Assembly (NCBI GenBank): GCA_964016885.1
Contig: OZ024740.1
Coordinates: forward strand, 318,928,001 to 318,992,000
Source: Eledone cirrhosa
Taxonomy: Eukaryota
Length of the DNA: 64,000 nt
Direction of reading: 5' to 3'
The position numbers and the translations under genes were made by a program. A model generated the notes under the pieces. The model was not told where the DNA came from, searched no databases, and worked only from the letters and a program-made list of their open reading frames with translations. Below are positions 27,380-42,800 of the stretch, piece after piece (positions within the stretch are counted from its first letter, which is position 1; each line of letters begins with the position of its first letter).

Positions 27380-30330
27380 ACATTCTAACGACTCTACCAA
27401 TTCGCTGAATTTCTACTACAATACTCTCAACAAATTAACCAGGATTGTCTCGTCTATTTCCACAACTTACATTCTATCTGACATACTAACGACTCTACCA
27501 ATTTGAAGTCTTCTACTACAATACTAACAACAAATAATCTGGGATTGTCTCGTCTATTTCCACAACTTACATTCTATCTGACATTCTAACGACTCTACCA
27601 ATTCGCTGTATTTCTACTACAATACTAACTTCAATTAGTCCAGGATTGTCTCATCTATTTCCACAACTTACATTCTATCTGATATTCGAACGACTCTACC
27701 AGTTCGAAATCTTTCTACTACAATACTCACAACAAACAATCCAGGATTGTCTCGTCTATTTCTACAACTTACATTCTATGTGACATTCAAACGACTCTAT
27801 CAATTCGAAGTCTTTCTACTACAATACTAACGTCAAATAATCCAGGATCGTCTCGTCTATTTCCACAACTTACATTCTATCTGACATTCTAACGACTCTA
27901 CCAATTCGAAGTCTTTCTACTACAATACTCAAAACAAATAATCCAGGATTGTCTCGTCTATTTCCACAAGTTACATTCTATCTGACATTCTAATGACTCT
28001 ACCAATTTGAAGTCTTTCTACTACAATACTAACAACAAATAATCTGGGATTGTCTCGTCTATTTCCACAAGTTACATTCTATCTGACATTCTAAAGACTC
28101 TACCAATTCGAAGTTTTTCTACAACAATACTAACGTAAAATAATCCAGGATTGTCTCGTCTATCTCCAGACCTTACATTCTATCTGACTTCCTAACGACT
28201 CTACCCATTCGCTGTATTTCTACTACAATACTAACTTCAAATAATCCAGGATTGTCTCGTCTACTTCCACAACTTACATTCTATCTGATATTCTAACGAC
28301 TCTACCAATTCGAAATGTTTCTACTACAATACTAACAACAAATAATCCAGGATTGTCTCGTCTATTTCCACAACTTACATTCTATCTGGCATTCTAATGA
28401 CTCTATCAATTCGCTGTCTTTCTACTACAATACTAACTTTAAACAATCCAGGATTGTCTCCTCTATTTCCACAACTTACATTCTATCTGACATTCTAACG
28501 ACTCTACCAATTCGCTGTATTTCTACTACAATACTAACTTCAAATAATCCTGGATTGTATCGGCTATTTCCACAACTTACATCCTATCTGACATTCTAAC
28601 GACTCTACCAATTCGCTGTCTTTCTACTACAATAATAACAACAAATAATCTAGGATTGTCTCGTCTATTTCCACAACTTACATTCTATCTGATATTCGAA
28701 CGACTCTACCAATTCGAAGTCTTTCTACTACAATACTAACAACAAATAATCTAGGATTGTCTCGTCTATTTCCACAACTTACATTCTATCTGACATTCTA
28801 ACGACTCTACCAATTCGATGTGTTTCTACTACAATACTCACAACAAATAATCCAGGATTGTCTCGTCTATCTCCAGACATTACGTTCTATCTCACATTCT
28901 AACGAGTCTACCAATTCACTGTATTTCTACTACAATACTCACAACAAATAAACCAGGATTGTCTCGTCTATTTCCACAACTTACATTCTATCTGACATTC
29001 AAACGACTCTACCAATTCGAAGTCTTTCTACTACAATACTAACGTCAAATAATCCAGGATTGTCTCCTCTATTTCCACAACTTACATTCTATCTGATATT
29101 CGAACGACTCTACCAATTTGAAGTCTTTCTACTACAATACTAACAACAAATAATCTAGGATTGTCTCGTCTATTTCCACAACTTACATTCTATCTGACAT
29201 TCTAACGACTCTAACAATTTGAAGTCTTTCTACTACAATACTCACAGCAAATAATCCAGGATTGTCTCATCTATTTCCACAACTTACATTCTATCTGACA
29301 TTCTAACGACTCTACCAATTCGATGTGTTTCTACTACAATACTCACAACAAAAATAATCCAGGATTGTCTCGTCTATCTCCAGACCTTACATTCTATCTG
29401 ACATTCTAACGACTCTACCAGTTCGCTGTATTTCTACTACAATACTAACTTCAAATAATCCAGGATTGTCTCGTCTATTTCCACAACTTACATTCTATCT
29501 GACATTCTAACGACTCTACCCATTCGCTGAATTTCTACTACAATACTCTCAACAAATTAACCAGGATTGTCTCGTCTATTTCCACAACTTACATTCTATC
29601 TGACATACTAACGACTCTACCAATTTGAAGTCTTCTACTACAATACTAACAACAAATAATCTGGGATTGTCTCGTCTATTTCCACAACTTACATTCTATC
29701 TGACATTCTAACGACTCTACCAATTCGCTGTATTTCTACTACAATACTAACTTCTATTAGTCCAGGATTGTCTCATCTATTTCCACAACTTACATTCTAT
29801 CTGATATTCGAACGACTCTACCAGTTCGAAATCTTTCTACTACAATACTCACAACAAACAATCCAGGATTGTCTCGTCTATTTCTACAACTTACATTCTA
29901 TGTGACATTCAAACGACTCTATCAATTCGAAGTCTTTCTACTACAATACTAACGTCAAACAATCCAGGATCGTCTCGTCTATTTCCACAACTTACATTCT
30001 ATCTGACATTCTAACGACTCTACCAATTCGAAGTCTTTCTACTACAATACTAACAACAAATAATCTAGGACTGTCTCATCTATTTCCACAACTTAGATTT
30101 TCTATGACATTCTAACGACTCTACCAATTCGAAGTCTTTCTACTACAATACTCAAAACAAATAATCCAGGATTGTCTCGTCTATTTCCACAAGTTACATT
30201 CTATCTGACATTCTAACGACTCTACCAATTTGAAGTCTTTCTACTACAATACTAACAACAAATAATCTGGGATTGTCTCGTCTATTTCCACAACTTACAT
30301 TCTATCTGACATTCTAAAGACTCTACCAAT
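27380..30330. repeat. Segmental duplication at 21-monomer offset (about 27.4-28.1 kb vs 29.5-30.3 kb)
   Basis: CCAGTTCGAAATC occurs at 27699 and 29821 (offset 2122). Both copies also share the CTCTCAACAAATTAACC, CTCAAAACAAAT, CACAAGTTAC and CTAAAGACTC variants in the same order. Confidence 0.8.
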
Positions 30331-31119
30331 TCGAAGTTTTTCTAATACAATACTCCCAACAAATAATCAAGGATTGTATCGTCTATTTCCACAACTTACA
30401 TTCTATCTGACATTCTAACGACTCTACACATTCGCTGTATTTCTACTACAATACTAACTTCAAATAATCCAGGATTGTCTCCTCTATTTCCACAACTTAC
30501 ATTCTATCTCACATTCTAACGAGTCTACCAATTCGCTGTATTTCTACTACAATACTCACAACAAATAAACCAGGATTGTCTCGTCTATTTCCACAACTTA
30601 CATTCTATCTGACATACTAACGACTCTACCAATTCGAAGTCTTTCTACTACAATACTAATCTTTAAACAATCCAGGATTGTCTCCTCTATTTCCACAACT
30701 TACATTTAATCTGACATTCTAACGACTCTACCAATTCGCTGTATTTCTACTACAATACTAACTTCAAATAATCCTGGATTGTATCGGCTATTTCCACAAC
30801 TTACATCCTATCTGACATTCTAACGACTCTACCAATTCGCTGTCTTTCTACTACAATAATAACAACAAATAATCTAGGATTGTCTCGTCTATTTCCACAA
30901 CTTACATTCTATCTGATATTCGAACGACTCTACCAATTTGAAGTCTTTCTACTACAATACTAACAACAAATAATCTAGGATTGTCTCGTCTATTTCCACA
31001 ACTTACATTCTATCTGACATTCTAACGACTCTAACAATTTGAAGTCTTTCTACTACAATACTCACAGCAAATAATCCAGGATTGTCTCATCTATTTCCAC
31101 AACTTACATTCTATCTGAC

Positions 31120-34100
31120 ATTCTAACGACTCTACCCATTCGCTGTATTTCTAATACAATACTAACTTCAAATAATCCAGGATTGTCTCCTCTATTTCCA
31201 CAACTTACATTCTATCTCACATTCTAACGAGTCTACCAATTCGCTGTATTTCTACTACAATACTCACAACAAATAAACCAGGATTGTCTCGTCTATTTCC
31301 ACAACTTACATTCTATCTGACATACTAACGACTCTACAAATTCGAAGTCTTTCTACTACAATACTAACTTTAAACAATCCAGGATTGTCTCCTATATTTC
31401 CACAAATTACATTCTATCTGACATTCTAACGACTCTACCAATTCGCTGTATTTCTACTACAATACTAACTTCAAATAATCCAGGATTGTATCGGCTATTT
31501 CCACAACTTACATCCTATCTGACATTCTAACGATTCTACCAATTCGCTGTCTTTCTACTACAATAATAACAACAAATAATCTAGGATTGTCTCGTCTATT
31601 TCCACAACTTACGTTCTATCTGATATTCGAACGACTCTACCAATTCGAAGTCTTTCTACTACAATACTAACAACAAATAATCTAGGATTGTCTCGTCTAT
31701 TTCCACAACTTACATTTTATCTGACATTCTAACGACTCTAACAATTCGAAGTCTTTCTACTACAATACTCACAACAAATAATCCAGGATTGTCTCATCTA
31801 TTTCCACAACTTACATTCTATCTGACATTCTAACGACTCTATCAATTCGAAGTCTTTCTACTACAATACTAACGTCAAACAATCCAGGATCGTCTCGTCT
31901 ATTTCCACAACTTACATTCTATCTGACATTCTAACGACTCTACCAATTCGTAGTCTTTCTACTACAATACTAACAACAAATAATCTAGGATTGTCTGATC
32001 TATCTCCACAACTTACATTTTCTCTGACATTCTAACGACTCTACCAATTCGAAGTTTTTCTACTACAATACTCCCAACAAATAATCAAGGATTGTATCGT
32101 CTATTTGCACAACTTACATTCTATCTGACATTCTAACGACTCTACCCATTCGCTGTATTTCTACTACAATACTAACTTCAAATAATCCAGGATTGTCTCC
32201 TCTATTTCCACAACATACATTCTATCTCACATTCTAACGAGTCTACCAATTCGCTGTATTTCTACTACAATACTCACAACAAATAAACCAGGATTGTCTC
32301 GTCTATTTCCACAACTTACATTCTATCTGACATACTAACGACTCTACAAATTCGAAGTCTTTCTACTACAATACTATCTTTAAACAATCCAGGATTGTCT
32401 CCTCTATTTCCTCAACTTACATTCTATCTGACATTCTAACGACTCTACCAATTCGCTGTATTTCTACTACAATACTAACTTCAAATAATCTAGGATTGTC
32501 TCGTCTATTTCCACAACTTACGTTCTATCTGATATTCGAACGACTCTACCAATTCGAAGTCTTTCTACTACAATACTAACAACAAATAATCTAGGATTGT
32601 CTCGTCTATTTCCACAACTTACATTCTATCTGACATTCTAACGACTCTAACAATTTGAAGTCTTTCTACTACAATACTCACAGCAAATAATCCAGGATTG
32701 TCTCATCTATTTCCACAACTTACATTGTATCTGACATTCTAACGACTCTACCAATTCGATGTGTTTCTACTACAATACTCACAACAAATAATCCAGGATT
32801 GTCTCGTCTATCTCCAGACCTTACATTCTATCTGATATTCTAACGACTCTACCAATTCGATGTCTTTCTACTACAATACTCACAACAAATAATCCAGGAT
32901 TGTATCGTCTATTTCTACAACTTACATTCTATCTGACATTCTAACGACTCTACCAATTCGAAGTCTTTCTGCTACAATACTCACAACAAATAATCCAGGA
33001 TTGTCTCGTCTATTTCCACAACTCACATTCTATCTGACATTCTAACGACTCTATCAATTCGAAGTCTTTCTACTACAATACTAAAGTCATATAATCCAGG
33101 ATTGTCTCGTCTATTTCCACAACTTACATTCTATTTGATATTCTAACGACTCTACCAATTCGAAGTCTTTCTACTACAATACTCACAACAAATAATCCAG
33201 GATTGTCTCGTCTATTTCAACAACTTACATTCTATCTCACATTCTAACGTGTCTACCAATTCGCTGAATTTCTACTACAATACTCTCAACAAATTAACCA
33301 GGATTTTCTCGCCTATTTCCACAACTTACATTCTATCTGACATACTAACGACTCTACCAATTCGAAGTCTTTCTACTACAATACTAACTTTAAACAATCC
33401 AGGATTGTCTCCTCTATTTCCACAACTTACATTCTATCTGACATTCTAACGACTCTACCAATTCGAAGTCTTTCTACTACAATACTAACGTCAAATAATC
33501 CAGGATTGTCTCCTCTATTTCCACAACTTACATTCCATCTGACATTCGAACGACTCTACCAATTCGAAGTCTTTCTACTACAATACTCACAACATATAAT
33601 CCAGGATTGTATCGTCTATTTCTACAACTTACATTCTATCTGACATTCTAACGACTCTACCATTTCGAAGTCTTTCTGCTACAATACTCACAACAAATAA
33701 TCCAGGATTGCCTCGTTTATTTCCACACGTTACATTCTATCTGACATTCTAACGACTCTACCAATTCGATGTGTTTCTACTACAATACTCACAACAAATA
33801 ATCCAGGATTGTCTCGTCTATCTCCAGACCTTACATTCTATCTGACATTCTAACGACTCTACCAGTTCGCTGTATTTCTACTACAATACTAACTTCAAAT
33901 AATCCAGGATTGCCTCGTCTATTTCCACAACTTACATTCTATCTGACATTCTAACGACTCTACCCATTCGCTGAATTTCTACTACAATACTCTCAACAAA
34001 TTAACCAGGATTGTCTCGTCTATTTCCATAACTTACATTCTATCTGACATTCTAACGACTCTACCAATTCGCTGTATTTCTACTACAATACTAACTTCAA

Positions 34101-37100
34101 TTAGTCCAGGATTGTCTCATCTATTTCCACAACTTACATTCTATCTGATATTCGAACGACTCTACCTGTTCGAAATCTTTCTACTACAATACTCACAACA
34201 AACAATCCAGGATTGTCTCGTCTATTTCCACAACTTACATTCTATCTGACATTCTAACGACTCTACCAATTCGAAATCTTTCTACTACAATAGTAACGTC
34301 AAATAATCCAAGATTGTCTCGTCTATTTCCACAACTTATATTCTATCTGACGTTCTAACGACTCTACGAATTCGCTGTCTTTCTACTACAATGCTCACAA
34401 TAAATAATCCACGACTGTCTCGTCTATTTCCACAACTTACATTCTATCTGACATTCTAACGACTCTACCAATTCGAAATCTTTCTACTACAATACTCACA
34501 ACAAACAATCCAGGATTGTCTCGTCTATTTCTACAACTTACATTCTATGTGACATTCAAACGACTCTATCAATTCGAAGTCTTTCTACAACAATACTAAC
34601 GTAAAATAATCCAGGATTGTCTCGTCCATTTCCACAACTTACATTCTATCTGACATTCTAACGACTCTACCCATTCGCTGTATTTCTACTACAATACTAA
34701 CTTCAAATAATCCAGGATTGTCTCGTCTACTTCCACAACTTACATTCTATCTGATATTCTAACGACTCTACCAATTCGAAGTCTTTCTACTACAATACTC
34801 ATAACAAATAATCCAGGATTGTCTCGTCTATTTCCACAACTTACATTCTATTTGGCATTCTAATGACTCTATCAATTCGCTGTCTTTCTACTACAATACT
34901 CACAACAAATAATCCATATTGTCTCGTCTATTTCCACAACTTACATTCTATCTGACATTCACACGACTCTATCAATTCGAAGTCTTTCTACTACAATACT
35001 AACGTCAAATATTCCAGGATTGTCTCGTCTATTTCCACAACTTACATTCTATCTGACATTCTAACGACTCTACCAATTCGAAGTCTTTCAACTACAATAC
35101 TAACTTTAAATAATCCAGGATTGTCTCCTCTATTTCCACAACTTACATATTATCTGAAATTCTAACGACTCTACCAATTCGATGTATTTCTACTACAATA
35201 CTCACAACAAATAATCCAGCATTGTCTCGTCTATTTCCACAACTCACATTCTATCTGACATTCTAACGACTCTATCAATTCGAAGTCTTTCTACTACAAT
35301 ACTAACGTCAAATAATCCAGGATCGTCTCGTCTATTTCCACAACTTACATTCTATCTGACATTCTAACGACTCTACCAATTCGAAGTCTTTCTACTATAA
35401 TACTAACAACAAATAATCTAGGATTGTCTCATCTATCTCCACAACTTACATTTTCTCTGACATTCTAAAGACTCTACCAATTCGACGTCTTTCTACTACA
35501 ATACTCACAACAAATAATCCAGGATTGTCTCGTCTATTTCCACAACTTACATTCTATCTGACATTCTAACGACTCTACCAATTTGAAGTCTTTCTATTAC
35601 AATACTAACAACAAATAATCTGGGATTGTCTCGTCTATTTCCACAACTTACATTCTATCTGACATTCTAACGACTCTACCAATTCGAAGTTTTTCTACTA
35701 CAATACTCCCAACAAATAATCAAGGATTGTATCGTCTATTTCCACAACTTACATTCTATCTGACATTCTAACGACTCTACCCATTCGCTGTATTTCTAAT
35801 ACAATACTAACTTCAAATAATCCAGGATTGTCTCCTCTATTTCCACAACTTACATTCTATCTCACATTCTAACGAGTCTACCAATTCGCTGTATTTCTAC
35901 TACAATACTCACAACAAATAAACCAGGATTGTCTCGTCTATTTCCACAACTTACATTCTATCTGACATACTAACGACTCTACAAATTCGAAGTCTTTCTA
36001 CTACAATACTAACTTTAAACAATCCAGGATTGTCTCCTATATTTCCACAAATTACATTCTATCTGACATTCTAACGACTCTACCAATTCGCTGTATTTCT
36101 ACTACAATACTAACTTCAAATAATCCAGGATTGTATCGGCTATTTCCACAACTTACATCCTATCTGACATTCTAACGATTCTACCAATTCGCTGTATTTC
36201 TACTACAATAATAACTACAAATAATCTAGGATTGTCTCGTCTATTTCCACAACTTACGTTCTATCTGATATTCGAACGACTCTACCAATTCGAAGTCTTT
36301 CTACTACAATACTAACAACAAATAATCTAGGATTGTCTCGTCTATTTCCACAACTTACATTTTATCTGACATTCTAACAACTCTAACAATTCGAAGTCTT
36401 TCTACTACAATACTCACAACAAATAATCCAGGATTGTCTCATCTATTTCCACAACTTACATTCTATCTGACATTCTAACGACTCTATCAATTCGAAGTCT
36501 TTCTACTACAATACTAACGTCAAACAATCCAGGATCGTCTCGTCTATTTCCACAAATTACATTCTATCTGACATTCTAACGACTCTACCAATTCGTAGTC
36601 TTTCTACTACAATACTAACAACAAATAATCTAGGATTGTCTGATCTATCTCCACAACTTACATTTTCTCTGACATTCTAACGACTCTACCAATTCGAAGT
36701 CTTTCTACTACAATACTCACAACAAATAATCCAGGATTGTCTCGTCTATTTCCACAACTTACATTCTAACCGACATTCTAACGACTCTACCAATTCGAAG
36801 TTTTTCTACTACAATACTCCCAACAAATAATCAAGGATTGTATCGTCTATTTGCACAACTTACATTCTATCTGACATTCTAACGACTCTACCCATTCGCT
36901 GTAGTTCTACTACAATACTAACTTCAAATAATCCAGGATTGTCTCCTCTATTTCCACAACATACATTCTATCTCACATTCTAACGAGTCTACCAATTCGC
37001 TGTATTTCTACTACAATACTCACAACAAATAAACCAGGATTGTCTCGTCTATTTCCACAACTTACATTCTATCTGACATACTAACGACTCTACAAATTCG

Positions 37101-39800
37101 AAGTCTTTCTACTACAATACTAACTTTAAACAATCCAGGATTGTCTCCTCTATTTCCACAACTTACATTCTATCTGACATTCTAACGACTCTAACAATTT
37201 GAAGTCTTTCTACTACAATACTCACAGCAAATAATCCAGGATTGTCTCGTCTATCTCCAGACCTTACATTCTATCTGACATTCTAACGACTCTACCAATT
37301 CGATGTCTTTCGACTACAATACTCACAACAAATAATCCAGGATTGTATCGTCTATTTCTACAACTTACATTCTATCTGACATTCTAACGACTCTACCAAT
37401 TCGAAGTCTTTCTGCTACAATACTCACAACAAATAATCCAGGATTGTCTCGTCTATTTCCACAACTCACATTCTATCTGACATTCTAACGACTCTATCAA
37501 TTCGAAGTCTTTCTACTACAATACTAAAGTCATATAATCCAGGATTGTCTCGTCTATTTCCACAACTTACATTCTATCTGATATTCTAACGACTCTACCA
37601 ATTCGAAGTCTTTCTACTACAATACTCACAACAAATAATACAGGATTGTCTCGTCTATTTCAACAACTTACATTCTATCTCACATTCTAACGTGTCTACC
37701 AATTCGCTGAATTTCTACTACAATACTCTCAACAAATAAACCAGGATTTTCTCGCCTATTTCCACAACTTACATTCTATCTGACATACTAACGACTCTAC
37801 CAATTCGAAGTCTTTCTACTACAATACTAACTTTAAACAATCCAGGATTGTCTACTCTATTTCCACAACTTACATTCTATCTGACATTCTAACGACTCTA
37901 CCAATTCGAAGTCTTTCTACTACAATACTAACGTCAAATAATCCAGGATTGTCTCCTCTATTTCCACAACTTACATTCCATCTGACATTCGAACGACTCT
38001 ACCAATTCGAAGTCTTTCTACTACAATACTCACAACATATAATCCAGGATTGTATCGTCTATTTCTACAACTTGCATTCTATCTGACATTCTAACGACTC
38101 TACCATTTCGAAGTCTTTCTGCTACAATACTCACAACAAATAATCCAGGATTGCCTCGTTTATTTCCACACGTTACATTCTATCTGACATTCTAACGACT
38201 CTACCCATTCGCTGAATTTCTACTACAATACTCTCAACAAATTAACCAGGATTGTCTCGTCTATTTCCATAACTCACATTCTATCTGACATTCTAACGAC
38301 TCTACCAATTCGCTGTATTTCTACTACAATACTAACTTCAATTAGTCCAGGATTGTCTCATCTATTTCCACAACTTACATTCTATCTGATATTCGAACGA
38401 CTCTACCAGTTCGAAATCTTTCTACTACAATACTCACAACAAACAATCCAGGATTGTCTCGTCTATTTCCACAACTAGACATTCTATCTGACATTCTAAC
38501 GACTCTACCAATTGGAAATCTTTCTACTACAATAGTAACGTCAAATAATCCAAGATTGTCTCGTCTATTTCCACAACTTATATTCTATCTGATATTCTAA
38601 CGACTCTACCAATTCGAAGTCTTTCCACTACAATACTCATAACAAATAATCCAGGATTGTCTCGTCTATTTCCACAACTTACCTTCTATTTGGCATTCTA
38701 ATGACTCTATCAATTCGCTGTCTTTCTACTACAATACTCACAACAAATAATCCATATTGTCTCGTCTATTTCCACAACTTACATTCTATCTGACATTCAC
38801 ACGACTCTATCAATTCGAAGTCTTTCTACTACAATACTAACGTCAAATAATCCAGGATTGTCTCGTCTATTTCCACAACTTACTTTCTATCTGACATTCT
38901 AACGACTCTACCAATTCGAAGTCTTTCTACTACAATACTCACAACAAATATTCCAGGATTGTCTCGTCTATTTCCACAACTTACATTCTATCTGACATTC
39001 TAACGACTCTACCAATTCGAAGTCTTTCTACTACAATACTAACTTTAAATAATCCTGGATTGTCTCCTCTATTTCCACAACTTACATATTATCTGAAATT
39101 CTAACGACTCTACCAATTCGATGTCTTTCTACTACAATACTCACAACAAATAATCCAGGATTGTATAGTCTATTTCTACAACTTACATTATATCTGACAT
39201 TCTAACGACTCTACCAATTCGAAGTCTTTCTGCTACAATACTCACAACAAATTATCCAGGATTGTCTCGTCTATTTCCACACCTTACATTCTATCTGACA
39301 TTCTAACGACTCTACCTATTCGCTGTATTTCTACTACAATACTCACAACAAATAATCCAGCATTGTCTCGTCTGTTTCCACAACTCACATTCTATCTGAC
39401 ATTCTAACGACTCTATCAATTCGAAGTCTTTCTACTACAATACTAACGTCAAATAATCCAGGATCGTCTCGTCTATTTCCACAACTTACATTCTATCTGA
39501 CATTCTAACGACTCTACCAATTCGAAGTCTTTCTACTACAATACTAACAACAAATAATCTAGGATTGTCTCATCTATCTCCACAACTTACATTTTCTCTG
39601 ACATTCTAACGACTCTACCAATTCGACGTCTTTCTACTACAATACTCACAACAAATAATCCAGGATTGTCTCGTCTATTTCCACAACTTACATTCTATCT
39701 GACATTCTAACGACTCTACCAATTTGAAGTCTTTCTATTAAAATACTAACAACAAATAATCTGGGATTGTCTCGTCTATTTCCACAACTTACATTCTATC
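31120..39800. repeat. Tandem duplication of an about 46-monomer block (about 31.1-35.75 kb vs 35.75-39.8 kb)
   Basis: Shared rare variants and offsets: CTAATACAAT 31151/35796 (4645), CTAAAGTCAT 33081/37524 (4443), TAGTAACGTC 34291/38533 (4242), CTCATAAC 34798/38636 (3838), CTGAAATTC 35154/39093 (3939), TTCGACGTC 35481/39622 (4141). Confidence 0.85.
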
Positions 39801-42800
39801 TGACATTCTAACGACTCTACCAATTCGATGTGTTTCTACTACAATACTCACAACAAATAATCCAGGATTGTCTCGTCTATCTCCAGACCTTACATTCTAT
39901 CTGACATTCTAACGACTCTACCAGTTCGCTGTATTTCTACTACAATACTAACTTCAAATAATCCAGGATTGTCTCGTCTATTTCCACAACTTACATTCTA
40001 TCTGACATTCAAACGACTCTACCAATTCGAAGTCTTTCTACTACAATACTCACAACAAATAATCCAGGATTGTCTCGTCTATTTCCACAACTTACATGCT
40101 ATCTGACATTCTAACGACTCTACCAATTTGAAGTCTTTCTACTACAATACTAACGTCAAATAATCCAGGATTGTCTCCTCTATTTCCACAACTTACATTC
40201 CATCTGACATTCTAACGACTCTAACATTTCGATGTCTTTCTACTACAATACTCACAACAAATAATCCAGGATTGTATCGTCTATTTCTACAACATACATT
40301 CTATCTGACATTCTAACGACTCTACCTATTCGCTGTATTTCTACTACAATACTCACAACAAATAATCCAGCATTGTCTCGTCTATTTCCACAACTCACAT
40401 TCTATCTGATATTCTAACGACTCTATCAATTCGAAGTCTTTCTACTACAATACTCACAACAAATAATCCAGGATTGTCTCGTCTATTTCCACAACTTACA
40501 TGCTATCTGACATTCTAACGACTCTACCAATTTGAAGTCTTTCTACTACAATACTAACAACAAATAATCTGGGATTGTCTCGTCTATTTCCACAACTTAC
40601 ATTCTATCTGACATTCTAACGACTCTACCCATTCGCTGTATTTCTAGTACAATACTAACTTCAAATAATCCAGGATTGTCTCCTCTATTTCCACAACTTA
40701 CATTCTATCTCACATTCTAACGAGTCTACCAATTCGCTGTATTTCTACTACAATACTAACTTCAAATAATCCAGGATTGTATCGGCTATTTCCACAATTT
40801 ACATCCTATCTGACATTCTAACGACTCTACCAATTCGCTGTCTTTCTACTACAATACTAACAACAAATAATCTAGGATTGTCTCGTCTATTTCCACAACT
40901 TACATTCTATCTGATATTCGAACGACTCTACCAATTCGATGTGTTTCTACTACAATACTCACAACAAATAATCCAGGATTGTCTCGTCTATCTCCAGACC
41001 TTACATTCTATCTGACATTCTACCGACTCTACCAGTTCGCTGTATTTCTACTACAATACTAACTTCAAATAATCCAGGATTGTCTCGTCTATTTCCACAA
41101 CTTACATTCTATCTGACATTCAAACGACTCTACCAATTCGAAATCTTTCTACTACAATACAAACGTCAAATAATCCAGGATTGTCTCCTCTATTTCCACA
41201 ACTTACCTTCCATCTGACATTCTAACGACACTACCAATTCGATGTCTTTCTACTACAATACTCACAACAAATAATCCAGGATTGTATCGTCTATTTCTAC
41301 AACTTACATTCTATCTGACATTCTAACGACTCTACCAATTCGAAGTCGTTCTGCTACAATACTCACAACAAGTAATCCAGGATTGTCTCGTCTATTTCTA
41401 CAACTTACATTCTATCTGACATTCTAACGACTCTACCAATTCGCTGTATTTCTACTACAATACTAACTTCAAATAATCCAGGATTGTCTCGTCTATTTCC
41501 ACAACTTACATTCTATCTGACATTCAAACGACTCTACCAATTCGAAGTCTTTCTACTACAATACTAACTTCAAATAATCCAGGATTGTCTCGTCTATTTC
41601 CACAACTTACATTCTATCTGATATTCTAACGACTCTACCAATTCGAAGTCTTTCTACTACAATATTCACAACAAATAATCCTGGATTGTCTCGTCTATTT
41701 CAACAACTTACATTCTATTTCACATTCTAACGTGTCTACCAATTCGCTGAATTTCTACTACAATACTCTCAACAAATAAACCAGGATTGTCTCGTCTATT
41801 TCCACAACTTACATTCTATCTGACATACTAACGGCTCTACCAATTGGAACTCTTTCTACTACAATACTAACTTTAAACAATCCAGGATTGTCTCCTCTAT
41901 TTCCACAACTTACATTCTATGTAACATTGAAACGACTCTACCAATTCGATGTCTTTGTACTACAATACTCACAAAAAATAATGCAGGATTGTCTCGTCTA
42001 TTTCCACAACTTACGTTCTATCTGACATTCTAACGACTCTACCAATTCGAAGTCTTTCTACTACAATGCTCACAACAAATAATCCACGACTGTCTCGTCT
42101 ATTTCCACAACTTACATTCTATCTGACATTCTAACGACTCTACCAATTCGAAATCTTTCTACTACAATACTCACAACAAACAATCCAGGATTGTCTCGTC
42201 TATTTCCACATTTACATTCTATCTGACATTCTAACGACTCTACCAATTCGCTGTATTTCTACTACAATACTAACTTCAAATAATCCAGGATTGTATCGGC
42301 TATTTCCACAACTTACATCCTATCTGACATTCTAACGACTCTATCAATTCGAAGTCTTTCTACTACAATACTAACGTCAAATAATCCAGGATCGTGTCGT
42401 CTATTTCCACAACTTACATTCTATCTGACATTCTAACGTCTCTACCAATTCGAAGTCTTTCTACTACAATACTAACAACAAATAATCTAGGATTGTCTCA
42501 TCTATCTCCACAACTTACATTTTCTCTGACATTCTAACGACACTACCAATTCGAAGTCTTTCTACTACAATACTCACAACAAATAATCCAGGATTGTCTC
42601 GTCTATTTTCACAAATTACATTCTATCTGATATTCTAACGACTCTACCAATTTGAAGTCTTCTACTACAATACTAACAACAAATAATCTGGGATTGTCTC
42701 GTCTATTTCCACAACTTACATTCTATCTGACATTCTAACGACTCTACCAATTCGAAATATTTCTACTACAATACTCACAACAAGTAATCCAGGATTGTCT